Shown one piece after another: positions 35,801 through 50,800 of a DNA stretch of 64,000 bases (positions within the stretch are counted from its first letter, which is position 1; each line of letters begins with the position of its first letter). Location of the stretch: the NCBI RefSeq assembly GCF_000002075.1, contig NW_004797290.1, forward strand, positions 1,472,743-1,536,742, given 5' to 3'. This DNA comes from Aplysia californica. Taxonomy: Eukaryota. The position numbers were made by a program, and so were the translations under genes. The notes beneath the pieces are model-generated. The model searched no databases. It was not told the origin of the DNA and saw only the letters and a program-made list of their open reading frames with translations.

Positions 35801-38800
35801 CCAGAAAAAAGAAAAACTTCCACTTCAAAGGCGTGAAAATTTAAGAAACACATCAATGTCATTGTTCTGCCAAAGAAGAAAATCCATAACATCATTCACA
35901 CAAAATTAACTTCCGTTGCAAACAACACATATCATCATAAATGAATTGAAGCAAGAGTAAGTAATATTTTGGTACCTCAGTGGCAGGTTCCTTGTCGAAC
36001 CAAGAGAGAATGTCTCCACCCCTGATGCATTTTCCATGAGCAACATCACACTTGTAGCCGTTGGGGCAGCAGTGAAGATGGTCAGAGCAACATGTAGCCT
36101 GAGCAAAGAATACAGGTTTTCCATGGTTACGATAAAGTGAGAATTTTCAACAGCTTCTGCAGCATATCAGATTTTATGAATCATTAAGAGACGTTGAATA
36201 TCAAATTTTCAACGAGAGGTGTTTTTTGTAAATAGCCTACTATCAAACCAGCTGTAACAGCCACCACTATAAGACAATTACCTGCCACTTCCCATATCCT
36301 CCCTCCTTTTTTTTTTTAAAATCATTAAAATGAAATGTAAGAGACAGCCACCTGTCTAAGATGGCCATTTTTGTCCTTGGCAATGGGTAGCTGTCTTTGA
36401 CAATTTCAACTGTGCAAGTTTACAAAATTTCAGAAACAAGAAAGAAGAGCTATGAAGCCATCAACAGAAGTACGTCAAATACATTAAGAGTAAATTAATG
36501 TGTAAAAATAGGAAGGATAACTGACCATAACATCGACAGCAAAAATTGCTCAGACCAGTCATGTTTTATATCTGTCGCAGCAGTATCTATTTCAGCAAGT
36601 AGTTTATAAATAATATGAAGTGGGACAAAACCTCCATTTAACATTCTCAAATAGAGGTTGATACACAATAATATGACAAACACCGTCCTGTGTGCAAACA
36701 GCGGTACATCAAAACAGTACCAACAATCTTTTACATCTCAGGATTTATGTCTACACTGCTTACTAGGCATCTCACTTCCCATGAAAACATGGCACAGTTG
36801 TCATCCACCTGTTAAATATTTGCCCCATGTACTGACTAATCTTTGAATGTCAGCATCTGTGGTGAAATGGTTAGGCTTTTCATTGTTGCACGTAGAAGAC
36901 GCAAGTTCAATTCCCACGTTGGGAGGTATTTAAAAGTGTTTCTGCCAATCTACAAAGAAGCGTATGCTATTCAGCTCATGTTGGCAATGACATGTAGGGT
37001 CAAAGCAGCCCATCTCCTAAAAGATCCAAATACAACCACTTCCCCCACTGCATTTTTTTCTCTATTTTAATAACACCGTTCAAGATGCCCACCTGTTTAA
37101 GACAACCACTTTTCTCTTTGACAATGGGAGACCATTTTCAACAATTTTGACTATGCACAACACAAGCCAGCCTATCACAGTTCATGTTAAACGTATTTAC
37201 TCAATCAGAAAAAATTACCGATGGTCGAGGACAGCAGCCATATTGTCCAGAAGACAGCTGACAACAGGTGCTTCCATCGGGACAGAAGGAAGATCCTCCT
37301 GGGCACACTACACGGTCTACCTCAGCTTTGGGAGAAATCTGTGCAATGCAACATAAGAACTGATTAAAAGGAAAACGACAGTATCGGAGTATACATACAT
37401 TTTCTCATTTGTTTTTCTTTAGAAAAAGCTACTCTAAACCAAAATGGAAATTTAAAAATATAACCTCTGTTAAAGGAACAGCAAGTTAATACCTTTACAT
37501 TAGAACTCACACAATATAATGTGCTTTGTCTTTCAAAAACAAAGGTCAGGTACCTTGGTACAAATCTTCTTTGATGTAATATGAAAAAAACACACTATTT
37601 ATTTCATTATAAAGAAGCAATAAAATGTGACATGAAGTATAAAGTAAAATATCAGAACCCAGATAAGAATTAAAACTGAATATCTTGTCAACTTATTTAC
37701 AAAGTTGAATTTACTCACTGGAGTGGCCACTTTTTTGGTCATCCATGATAGAATGTCTCCACCCCTGAGGCATTTTCCATGAGCAACATCACACTTGTAG
37801 CCGTTGGGACAGCAGTGAAGATGGTCAGAGCAGCATGTAGCCTGAGGACAATGGTAAAAAAAAATTAAAAACATGCCATGAAATTGGATATAGCATGATG
37901 ATTCATAGGTGTGGAAAAATATTGTAACATTTCGACAGTCCCATCTTCATTGTATAGAGACAACTGATGTGCCAGATTGACGAGTGAAAAGTTTTCAAGT
38001 TTGTGTGTGAGATTAAGTGACATTTCAAACTCACAGTAAAGTACACCTTTACAAGGACATTTGCTTGCTAAGAAAAAAACTGAAGAAAAAAAAACCTCAT
38101 AGCACAAAAAATGGGTGGGTACAAGCTTCACTTGTGCTCCTGGTAGGAGAGGCGACAACTCGTGTTCGGCAAGCCTCAAATGTACCAATTCCTTATTCTC
38201 CAAAACACAGGTGACATTATACACAGTATCATATCAATTTAGATCAGCCATGGCATGGTGACTGTGCATTGGTGTAATATTGTGCATAATGTCGGTAAAT
38301 TCTTTTGTATGAATTTTGTATGTATGAATTAATTTAACTATGTATGTGTGTTTGGAAAGCCAACTATTCCCATTTGGATCATAATCATCACTAAAAGAAA
38401 CCAAAAACAAAATCTGCAGTACGTCAAGAACTACAAGCTCCTATTTGTACTACATGTGTAGCCAGCACCTTATTTTGAGGAAACATAACATACCTGTGGC
38501 AAAGGACAGCAGCCATACTGTCCAGAAGCAAGTTGACAACAGGTGGTTCCATCAGGGCAGTAAGATGTTCCTCCTGGGCACACCACATGCTCTACTTTGG
38601 TCTCAATCTATATAAGGCAGAAAAAGCATTGACAAAGATCTGGATGCTATGCAAAACTGTTAAGGGGTCTGCTGCTGTGCATGTTCTTATCATGACTTCA
38701 AAATCAGTACAAAATCTTTAAAAAGTTTTCCTATGCATAAGCCCTCTACCTATTAAAATGTTGGAACATTTATAAAAATAGAAACATTTTTTTTTCCCAG

Positions 38801-41800
38801 TTAAACACATTTGTGAGGTGTCGTGGTGAAATCAGGCGCTTGTAAAAATAATGAAAGTAAAGAAAACAGCATTTTTCTTACCATTTGGCAACTTTTATCA
38901 AATTGTTATTTTTTTGCTAAGGCTAATCACTTTAACTTTAAAATGTTGATTAAAGGTACAAAAAATATAAATTTACAGTTTACGAGGACTTTCAAGCTTT
39001 AAATGTCACCCAACTTTGGTGGCTATTTTCTTGCTAATTTTACCTCCGAAACCACATGACCCTCAACTTCTTCAATCCAAAATATCTGGACTTTTATTGA
39101 AGATGGATCAGTAATTGTTTTTTCAAAGCAAGACAATAAACAAGCTTTAAGATGATACCATTAAGTCCATATGCCCCAAAGCGCTTGATTTCACCACGTC
39201 CTGACACATGTACATCTAGTATTGATTCTAGCAAATATAGACGATGTGACTGAAACAAAATATGAAATCCAACAACCACAAGTATTTGTAATGGCATAAT
39301 ATTCTGCCAACAACACAGTAAATTATTATGCTACGTAAACAACAAGAATCATTTCTCATTTTTTAAAGCATGCACCCTGTTTCAACAGAATTCACACTTA
39401 TTAACATATACATCAATTATACAAAATGGGACGAACTACTGAGGAATTCCAGTTTTTCACACAATCAAACGGATAGAACTTTTAAAAGTTCAAAAGGCTA
39501 AAGCAATTTCCACTATGTAAACATCTACAGCACTGATTTTATCATTCTTACCTCAGTGGCAGGTTCCTTGTTGAACCAAGAAAGAACATCTCCACCCCTG
39601 AGGCATTTTCCATGAGCAACATCACACTTGTAGCCGTTGGGGCAGCAGTGAAGATGGTCAGAGCAGCATGTAGCCTTAGGATAATGGTGAAAAAACAAAT
39701 TCAAATCATACCATGAAGTTGGATAGTGAACGATGATTCATATAGTGGAAAAAGATTGCAATATTTTAACAGTACCATCATGTAAGGAAAAACTGCTGTG
39801 CAAGCATGATCAATTGAAAGTTTCAAAGTTTGTGTGAAATTTCAATCTATCTCACAGCAAAAAAATACCAATACTTTACAAAGACATTGCTTGCTAGTTA
39901 TTCAGAAAAAAAAAAGCTGATGACAAAATTTCCATAATTTAGCTTCAGATGGACTGACTTCTTATTTTCCCACATCAACTGTACATCATACATAACACCA
40001 TCTAATGTAAACGTGCCATTGTGTATTGACTGGATGGGTAGGTTTGATATTGTAAATTATGCAATATTGGTCTATTCTATTTTGTATAAATTAATTTAAC
40101 TATATATGGTAAGTGAAATATTCCTATAGGGTATCAATGAAACCAACCAAACCAAACTGTCAAGAACTGAAAGCTTCTACTACTATCACGTCAGTGGTCA
40201 ATGTCAGGGGCCAGAACAAGTAGTCAGCTTTATTTTGAGGAAACACAACATACCTGTGGCAAAGGACAGCAGCCATACTGTCCAGAAGCAAGTTGACAAC
40301 AGGTGGTTCCATCAGGGCAGTAAGATGTTCCTCCTGGGCACACCACATGCTCTACTTTGGTCTCAATCTATACATGGCAGAAAAAACCCCCAGTGATGAT
40401 CACTGACACAAATCACGATATGATCCACATACTCTGGGTCTGCATGCTAACCAGAACAGATAAGGAGTCTGCTGCAGTGCATATTCTCACAAAGATCTCA
40501 AAATCTTTTGAAAGGCATCCTATACTTAAAGAGTGTTTTCCAGTGAAAATATTATCTTCAAAACATTTCCTTGCACGTTAGTTGTAATGCAGACTTTTGT
40601 ATCGCTCTTACTGATGTATACAAGACATAAACCTCACACTTGGGTCTAGATGCTAAACAAAAACCATTTAGGGATCTTTCTGCGGTGCACATTTTCTCAC
40701 AAAAACCTCAAAATCAATAGAATCTACAAAATATTTCAGAAATCTTGTCATACTTAAGGCCCTATTCAATAGGAACTGTCAAAGCATTAACAAAAACAGA
40801 AAGATTTTTTTCAAGCAAAACATATTTATGATGTGATTGAAACAAAATACAAAATTTAACAATAGCAAATATTTGTAAAGGCTTGATATTCTCACAATAA
40901 CAAGTAAAATATGTTGCCATATAAACAAAAAGAAAAATTTATCAATTATAAGTAAGCAGTCTGTTTGAAGAGAATTGCACTTATAAACATATTATGTGGT
41001 AATTATATGAATAGGACGCACTACTGAGAAAGCCAAGTTTTTCAAACAACAAAACTGATAGACCTTCTAAAAGTTTAAAAGGTTACAGCAATTTTCACAA
41101 TGAAAAGACCTAGCAGCACTGATTTTGTCATTCTCACCTCAGTGGCAGGTTCCTTGTTGAACCAAGAGAGAACATCTCCACCCCTGAGGCATTTTCCATG
41201 AGCAACATCACACTTGTAGCCGTTGGGGCAGCAGTGAAGATGGTCAGAGCAGCATGTAGCCTTAAAAAAATTAACCAAAAAACCAAATTCCAAATGTGCC
41301 ATAAAGTTGGACACAGCATAATGATTATATAGTGGAAAAAGAACACAACGTTTCAATAGTTCTATCAAGTAAGAAAAACTGCTCTGCAAGCATGATCAGT
41401 TAAAAGCTTAAAAGTTTGTGTGAGACTTCAGTCTATCTCCCAGCCAAGTAATACAAATACTTCACCAGGACATTGCTTGCTAGTAATTCAGGAAAAAGAG
41501 CATAAGACAAAATTCCCATAACACAAAAAGTGGGAGGGTGCAAGCTAAACTTGTGCTCCCTGTATGAGGGACTGCAAGTTCTACATTGGGCATACTTCAG
41601 ATAGACTGACCCCTTATTCTCCAATATCATCGGTACATCATACACAGTAGCATCCAATGTAAATGCGCCATGGTGTATTGACTGTCTGCATAGGTTTGAT
41701 ATTGTACATGATGCAATATTGGTAAATTCTATAATGTACAAATTATTATAATAACCAAGCATATATAATTAGAGAAATATTACCATAGAGATCGATGAAA

Positions 41801-44800
41801 CCAGCCAAAACCAAACTGTACAGTATGGCAAAAACTACAAGCTTCTATTTCTACCACATCAGTGGCCAGGGAAGGTAGACAACATTATTTTGAGGAAACA
41901 CAACATACCTGTGGCAATGGACAGCAGCCATACTGTCCAGAAGCAAGTTGACAACAGGTGGTTCCATCAGGGCAGTAAGATGTTCCTCCTGGGCACACCA
42001 CATGCTCTACTTTGGTCTCAATCTATACAAGGAAGAAAAAAAAACCCAATCATGATCACAGATACAAAAACATTATATGACCCACATACTTAGGATCTGG
42101 ATGCTATGCAAAACTGTTAAGGGGTCTGCTGCTGTGCATGTTCTTATCATGACTTCAAAATCAGTACAAAATCTTTAAAAAGTTTTCCTATGCATAAGCC
42201 CTCTACCTATTAAAATGTTGGAACATTTATAAAAATAGAAACATTTTTTTTTTCCAGTTAAACACATTTGTGAGGTGTCGTGGTGAAATCAGGCGCTTGT
42301 AAAAATAATGAAAGTAAAGAAAACAGCATTTTTCTTACCATTTGGCAACTTTTATCAAATTGTTATTTTTTTGCTAAGGCTAATCACTTTAACTTTAAAA
42401 TGTTGATTAAAGGTACAAAAAATATAAATTTACAGTTTACGAGGACTTTCAAGCTTTAAATGTCACCCAACTTTGGTGGCTATTTTCTTGCTAATTTTAC
42501 CTCCGAAACCACATGACCCTCAACTTCTTCAATCCAAAATATCTGGACTTTTATTGAAGATGGATCAGTAATTGTTTTTTCAAAGCAAGACAATAAACAA
42601 GCTTTAAGATGATACCATTAAGTCCATATGCCCCAAAGCGCTTGATTTCACCACGTCCTGACACATGTACATCTAGTATTGATTCTAGCAAATATAGACG
42701 ATGTGACTGAAACAAAATATGAAATCCAACAACCACAAGTATTTGTAATGGCATAATATTCTGCCAACAACACAGTAAATTATTATGCTACGTAAACAAC
42801 AAGAATCATTTCTCATTTTTTAAAGCATGCACCCTGTTTCAACAGAATTCACACTTATTAACATATACATCAATTATACAAAATGGGACGAACTACTGAG
42901 GAATTCCAGTTTTTCACACAATCAAACGGATAGAACTTTTAAAAGTTCAAAAGGCTAAAGCAATTTCCACTATGTAAACATCTACAGCACTGATTTTATC
43001 ATTCTTACCTCAGTGGCAGGTTCCTTGTTGAACCAAGAAAGAACATCTCCACCCCTGAGGCATTTTCCATGAGCAACATCACACTTGTAGCCGTTGGGGC
43101 AGCAGTGAAGATGGTCAGAGCAGCATGTAGCCTTAAAAAAATTAACCAAAAAACCAAATTCCAAATGTGCCATAAAGTTGGACACAGCATAATGATTATA
43201 TAGTGGAAAAAGAACACAACGTTTCAATAGTTCTATCAAGTAAGAAAAACTGCTCTGCAAGCATGATCAGTTAAAAGCTTAAAAGTTTGTGTGAGACTTC
43301 AGTCTATCTCCCAGCCAAGTAATACAAATACTTCACCAGGACATTGCTTGCTAGTAATTCAGGAAAAAGAGCATAAGACAAAATTCCCATAACACAAAAA
43401 GTGGGAGGGTGCAAGCTAAACTTGTGCTCCCTGTATGAGGGACTGCAAGTTCTACATTGGGCATACTTCAGATAGACTGACCCCTTATTCTCCAATATCA
43501 TCGGTACATCATACACAGTAGCATCCAATGTAAATGCGCCATGGTGTATTGACTGTCTGCATAGGTTTGATATTGTACATGATGCAATATTGGTAAATTC
43601 TATAATGTACAAATTATTATAATAACCAAGCATATATAATTAGAGAAATATTACCATAGAGATCGATGAAACCAGCCAAAACCAAACTGTACAGTATGGC
43701 AAAAACTACAAGCTTCTATTTCTACCACATCAGTGGCCAGGGAAGGTAGACAACATTATTTTGAGGAAACACAACATACCTGTGGCAATGGACAGCAGCC
43801 ATACTGTCCAGAAGCAAGTTGACAACAGGTGGTTCCATCAGGGCAGTAAGATGTTCCTCCTGGGCACACCACATGCTCTACTTTGGTCTCAATCTATACA
43901 AGGAAGAAAAAAAAACCCAATCATGATCACAGATACAAAAACATTATATGACCCACATACTTAGGATCTGGATGCTATGCAAAACTGTTAAGGGGTCTGC
44001 TGCTGTGCATGTTCTTATCATGACTTCAAAATCAGTACAAAATCTTTAAAAAGTTTTCCTATGCATAAGCCCTCTACCTATTAAAATGTTGGAACATTTA
44101 TAAAAATAGAAACATTTTTTTTTTCCAGTTAAACACATTTGTGAGGTGTCGTGGTGAAATCAGGCGCTTGTAAAAATAATGAAAGTAAAGAAAACAGCAT
44201 TTTTCTTACCATTTGGCAACTTTTATCAAATTGTTATTTTTTTGCTAAGGCTAATCACTTTAACTTTAAAATGTTGATTAAAGGTACAAAAAATATAAAT
44301 TTACAGTTTACGAGGACTTTCAAGCTTTAAATGTCACCCAACTTTGGTGGCTATTTTCTTGCTAATTTTACCTCCGAAACCACATGACCCTCAACTTCTT
44401 CAATCCAAAATATCTGGACTTTTATTGAAGATGGATCAGTAATTGTTTTTTCAAAGCAAGACAATAAACAAGCTTTAAGATGATACCATTAAGTCCATAT
44501 GCCCCAAAGCGCTTGATTTCACCACGTCCTGACACATGTACATCTAGTATTGATTCTAGCAAATATAGACGATGTGACTGAAACAAAATATGAAATCCAA
44601 CAACCACAAGTATTTGTAATGGCATAATATTCTGCCAACAACACAGTAAATTATTATGCTACGTAAACAACAAGAATCATTTCTCATTTTTTAAAGCAAG
44701 CACCCTGTTTCAACAGAATTCACACTTATTAACATATACATCAATTATACAAAATGGGACGAACTACTGAGGAATTCCAGTTTTTCACACAATCAAACGG

Positions 44801-47800
44801 ATAGAACTTTTAAAAGTTCAAAAGGCTAAAGCAATTTCCACTATGTAAACATCTACAGCACTGATTTTATCATTCTTACCTCAGTGGCAGGTTCCTTGTT
44901 GAACCAAGAAAGAACATCTCCACCCCTGAGGCATTTTCCATGAGCAACATCACACTTGTAGCCGTTGGGGCAGCAGTGAAGATGGTCAGAGCAGCATGTA
45001 GCCTTAGGATAATGGTGAAAAAACAAATTCAAATCATACCATGAAGTTGGATAATGAACGATGATTCATATAGTGGAAAAAGATTGCAATATTTTAACAG
45101 TACCATCATGTAAGGAAAAACTGCTGTGCAAGCATGATCAATTGAAAGTTTCAAAGTTTGTGTGAAATTTCAATCTATCTCACAGCAAAAAAATACCAAT
45201 ACTTTACAAAGACATTGCTTGCTAGTTATTCAGAAAAAAAAAAGCTGATGACAAAATTTCCATAATTTAGCTTCAGATGGACTGACTTCTTATTTTCCCA
45301 CATCAACTGTACATCATACATAACACCATCTAATGTAAACGTGCCATTGTGTATTGACTGGATGGGTAGGTTTGATATTGTAAATTATGCAATATTGGTC
45401 TATTCTATTTTGTATAAATTAATTTAACTATATATGGTAAGTGAAATATTCCTATAGGGTATCAATGAAACCAACCAAACCAAACTGTCAAGAACTGAAA
45501 GCTTCTACTACTATCACGTCAGTGGTCAATGTCAGGGGCCAGAACAAGTAGTCAGCTTTATTTTGAGGAAACACAACATACCTGTGGCAAAGGACAGCAG
45601 CCATACTGTCCAGAAGCAAGTTGACAACAGGTGGTTCCATCAGGGCAGTAAGATGTTCCTCCTGGGCACACCACATGCTCTACTTTGGTCTCAATCTATA
45701 CATGGCAGAAAAAACCCCCAGTGATGATCACTGACACAAATCACGATATGATCCACATACTCTGGGTCTGCATGCTAACCAGAACAGATAAGGAGTCTGC
45801 TGCAGTGCATATTCTCACAAAGATCTCAAAATCTTTTGAAAGGCATCCTATACTTAAAGAGTGTTTTCCAGTGAAAATATTATCTTCAAAACATTTCCTT
45901 GCACGTTAGTTGTAATGCAGACTTTTGTATCGCTCTTACTGATGTATACAAGACATAAACCTCACACTTGGGTCTAGATGCTAAACAAAAACCATTTAGG
46001 GATCTTTCTGCGGTGCACATTTTCTCACAAAAACCTCAAAATCAATAGAATCTACAAAATATTTCAGAAATCTTGTCATACTTAAGGCCCTATTCAATAG
46101 GAACTGTCAAAGCATTAACAAAAACAGAAAGATTTTTTTCAAGCAAAACATATTTATGATGTGATTGAAACAAAATACAAAATTTAACAATAGCAAATAT
46201 TTGTAAAGGCTTGATATTCTCACAATAACAAGTAAAATATGTTGCCATATAAACAAAAAGAAAAATTTATCAATTATAAGTAAGCAGTCTGTTTGAAGAG
46301 AATTGCACTTATAAACATATTATGTGGTAATTATATGAATAGGACGCACTACTGAGAAAGCCAAGTTTTTCAAACAACAAAACTGATAGACCTTCTAAAA
46401 GTTTAAAAGGTTACAGCAATTTTCACAATGAAAAGACCTAGCAGCACTGATTTTGTCATTCTCACCTCAGTGGCAGGTTCCTTGTTGAACCAAGAGAGAA
46501 CATCTCCACCCCTGAGGCATTTTCCATGAGCAACATCACACTTGTAGCCGTTGGGGCAGCAGTGAAGATGGTCAGAGCAGCATGTAGCCTTAAAAAAATT
46601 AACCAAAAAACCAAATTCCAAATGTGCCATAAAGTTGGACACAGCATAATGATTATATAGTGGAAAAAGAACACAACGTTTCAATAGTTCTATCAAGTAA
46701 GAAAAACTGCTCTGCAAGCATGATCAGTTAAAAGCTTAAAAGTTTGTGTGAGACTTCAGTCTATCTCCCAGCCAAGTAATACAAATACTTCACCAGGACA
46801 TTGCTTGCTAGTAATTCAGGAAAAAGAGCATAAGACAAAATTCCCATAACACAAAAAGTGGGAGGGTGCAAGCTAAACTTGTGCTCCCTGTATGAGGGAC
46901 TGCAAGTTCTACATTGGGCATACTTCAGATAGACTGACCCCTTATTCTCCAATATCATCGGTACATCATACACAGTAGCATCCAATGTAAATGCGCCATG
47001 GTGTATTGACTGTCTGCATAGGTTTGATATTGTACATGATGCAATATTGGTAAATTCTATAATGTACAAATTATTATAATAACCAAGCATATATAATTAG
47101 AGAAATATTACCATAGAGATCGATGAAACCAGCCAAAACCAAACTGTACAGTATGGCAAAAACTACAAGCTTCTATTTCTACCACATCAGTGGCCAGGGA
47201 AGGTAGACAACATTATTTTGAGGAAACACAACATACCTGTGGCAATGGACAGCAGCCATACTGTCCAGAAGCAAGTTGACAACAGGTGGTTCCATCAGGG
47301 CAGTAAGATGTTCCTCCTGGGCACACCACATGCTCTACTTTGGTCTCAATCTATACAAGGAAGAAAAAAAAACCCAATCATGATCACAGATACAAAAACA
47401 TTATATGACCCACATACTTAGGATCTGGATGCTATGCAAAACTGTTAAGGGGTCTGCTGCTGTGCATGTTCTTATCATGACTTCAAAATCAGTACAAAAT
47501 CTTTAAAAAGTTTTCCTATGCATAAGCCCTCTACCTATTAAAATGTTGGAACATTTATAAAAATAGAAACATTTTTTTTTTCCAGTTAAACACATTTGTG
47601 AGGTGTCGTGGTGAAATCAGGCGCTTGTAAAAATAATGAAAGTAAAGAAAACAGCATTTTTCTTACCATTTGGCAACTTTTATCAAATTGTTATTTTTTT
47701 GCTAAGGCTAATCACTTTAACTTTAAAATGTTGATTAAAGGTACAAAAAATATAAATTTACAGTTTACGAGGACTTTCAAGCTTTAAATGTCACCCAACT

Positions 47801-50800
47801 TTGGTGGCTATTTTCTTGCTAATTTTACCTCCGAAACCACATGACCCTCAACTTCTTCAATCCAAAATATCTGGACTTTTATTGAAGATGGATCAGTAAT
47901 TGTTTTTTCAAAGCAAGACAATAAACAAGCTTTAAGATGATACCATTAAGTCCATATGCCCCAAAGCGCTTGATTTCACCACGTCCTGACACATGTACAT
48001 CTAGTATTGATTCTAGCAAATATAGACGATGTGACTGAAACAAAATATGAAATCCAACAACCACAAGTATTTGTAATGGCATAATATTCTGCCAACAACA
48101 CAGTAAATTATTATGCTACGTAAACAACAAGAATCATTTCTCATTTTTTAAAGCATGCACCCTGTTTCAACAGAATTCACACTTATTAACATATACATCA
48201 ATTATACAAAATGGGACGAACTACTGAGGAATTCCAGTTTTTCACACAATCAAACGGATAGAACTTTTAAAAGTTCAAAAGGCTAAAGCAATTTCCACTA
48301 TGTAAACATCTACAGCACTGATTTTATCATTCTTACCTCAGTGGCAGGTTCCTTGTTGAACCAAGAAAGAACATCTCCACCCCTGAGGCATTTTCCATGA
48401 GCAACATCACACTTGTAGCCGTTGGGGCAGCAGTGAAGATGGTCAGAGCAGCATGTAGCCTTAAAAAAATTAACCAAAAAACCAAATTCCAAATGTGCCA
48501 TAAAGTTGGACACAGCATAATGATTATATAGTGGAAAAAGAACACAACGTTTCAATAGTTCTATCAAGTAAGAAAAACTGCTCTGCAAGCATGATCAGTT
48601 AAAAGCTTAAAAGTTTGTGTGAGACTTCAGTCTATCTCCCAGCCAAGTAATACAAATACTTCACCAGGACATTGCTTGCTAGTAATTCAGGAAAAAGAGC
48701 ATAAGACAAAATTCCCATAACACAAAAAGTGGGAGGGTGCAAGCTAAACTTGTGCTCCCTGTATGAGGGACTGCAAGTTCTACATTGGGCATACTTCAGA
48801 TAGACTGACCCCTTATTCTCCAATATCATCGGTACATCATACACAGTAGCATCCAATGTAAATGCGCCATGGTGTATTGACTGTCTGCATAGGTTTGATA
48901 TTGTACATGATGCAATATTGGTAAATTCTATAATGTACAAATTATTATAATAACCAAGCATATATAATTAGAGAAATATTACCATAGAGATCGATGAAAC
49001 CAGCCAAAACCAAACTGTACAGTATGGCAAAAACTACAAGCTTCTATTTCTACCACATCAGTGGCCAGGGAAGGTAGACAACATTATTTTGAGGAAACAC
49101 AACATACCTGTGGCAATGGACAGCAGCCATACTGTCCAGAAGCAAGTTGACAACAGGTGGTTCCATCAGGGCAGTAAGATGTTCCTCCTGGGCACACCAC
49201 ATGCTCTACTTTGGTCTCAATCTATACAAGGAAGAAAAAAAAACCCAATCATGATCACAGATACAAAAACATTATATGACCCACATACTTAGGATCTGGA
49301 TGCTATGCAAAACTGTTAAGGGGTCTGCTGCTGTGCATGTTCTTATCATGACTTCAAAATCAGTACAAAATCTTTAAAAAGTTTTCCTATGCATAAGCCC
49401 TCTACCTATTAAAATGTTGGAACATTTATAAAAATAGAAACATTTTTTTTTTCCAGTTAAACACATTTGTGAGGTGTCGTGGTGAAATCAGGCGCTTGTA
49501 AAAATAATGAAAGTAAAGAAAACAGCATTTTTCTTACCATTTGGCAACTTTTATCAAATTGTTATTTTTTTGCTAAGGCTAATCACTTTAACTTTAAAAT
49601 GTTGATTAAAGGTACAAAAAATATAAATTTACAGTTTACGAGGACTTTCAAGCTTTAAATGTCACCCAACTTTGGTGGCTATTTTCTTGCTAATTTTACC
49701 TCCGAAACCACATGACCCTCAACTTCTTCAATCCAAAATATCTGGACTTTTATTGAAGATGGATCAGTAATTGTTTTTTCAAAGCAAGACAATAAACAAG
49801 CTTTAAGATGATACCATTAAGTCCATATGCCCCAAAGCGCTTGATTTCACCACGTCCTGACACATGTACATCTAGTATTGATTCTAGCAAATATAGACGA
49901 TGTGACTGAAACAAAATATGAAATCCAACAACCACAAGTATTTGTAATGGCATAATATTCTGCCAACAACACAGTAAATTATTATGCTACGTAAACAACA
50001 AGAATCATTTCTCATTTTTTAAAGCATGCACCCTGTTTCAACAGAATTCACACTTATTAACATATACATCAATTATACAAAATGGGACGAACTACTGAGG
50101 AATTCCAGTTTTTCACACAATCAAACGGATAGAACTTTTAAAAGTTCAAAAGGCTAAAGCAATTTCCACTATGTAAACATCTACAGCACTGATTTTATCA
50201 TTCTTACCTCAGTGGCAGGTTCCTTGTTGAACCAAGAAAGAACATCTCCACCCCTGAGGCATTTTCCATGAGCAACATCACACTTGTAGCCGTTGGGGCA
50301 GCAGTGAAGATGGTCAGAGCAGCATGTAGCCTTAGGATAATGGTGAAAAAACAAATTCAAATCATACCATGAAGTTGGATAATGAACGATGATTCATATA
50401 GTGGAAAAAGATTGCAATATTTTAACAGTACCATCATGTAAGGAAAAACTGCTGTGCAAGCATGATCAATTGAAAGTTTCAAAGTTTGTGTGAAATTTCA
50501 ATCTATCTCACAGCAAAAAAATACCAATACTTTACAAAGACATTGCTTGCTAGTTATTCAGAAAAAAAAAAGCTGATGACAAAATTTCCATAATTTAGCT
50601 TCAGATGGACTGACTTCTTATTTTCCCACATCAACTGTACATCATACATAACACCATCTAATGTAAACGTGCCATTGTGTATTGACTGGATGGGTAGGTT
50701 TGATATTGTAAATTATGCAATATTGGTCTATTCTATTTTGTATAAATTAATTTAACTATATATGGTAAGTGAAATATTCCTATAGGGTATCAATGAAACC

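Noticed and set aside
36853-36925. Possible tRNA gene
   Set aside because: A- and B-box-like motifs are present, but the acceptor and anticodon stems do not pair. Treated as a SINE head.
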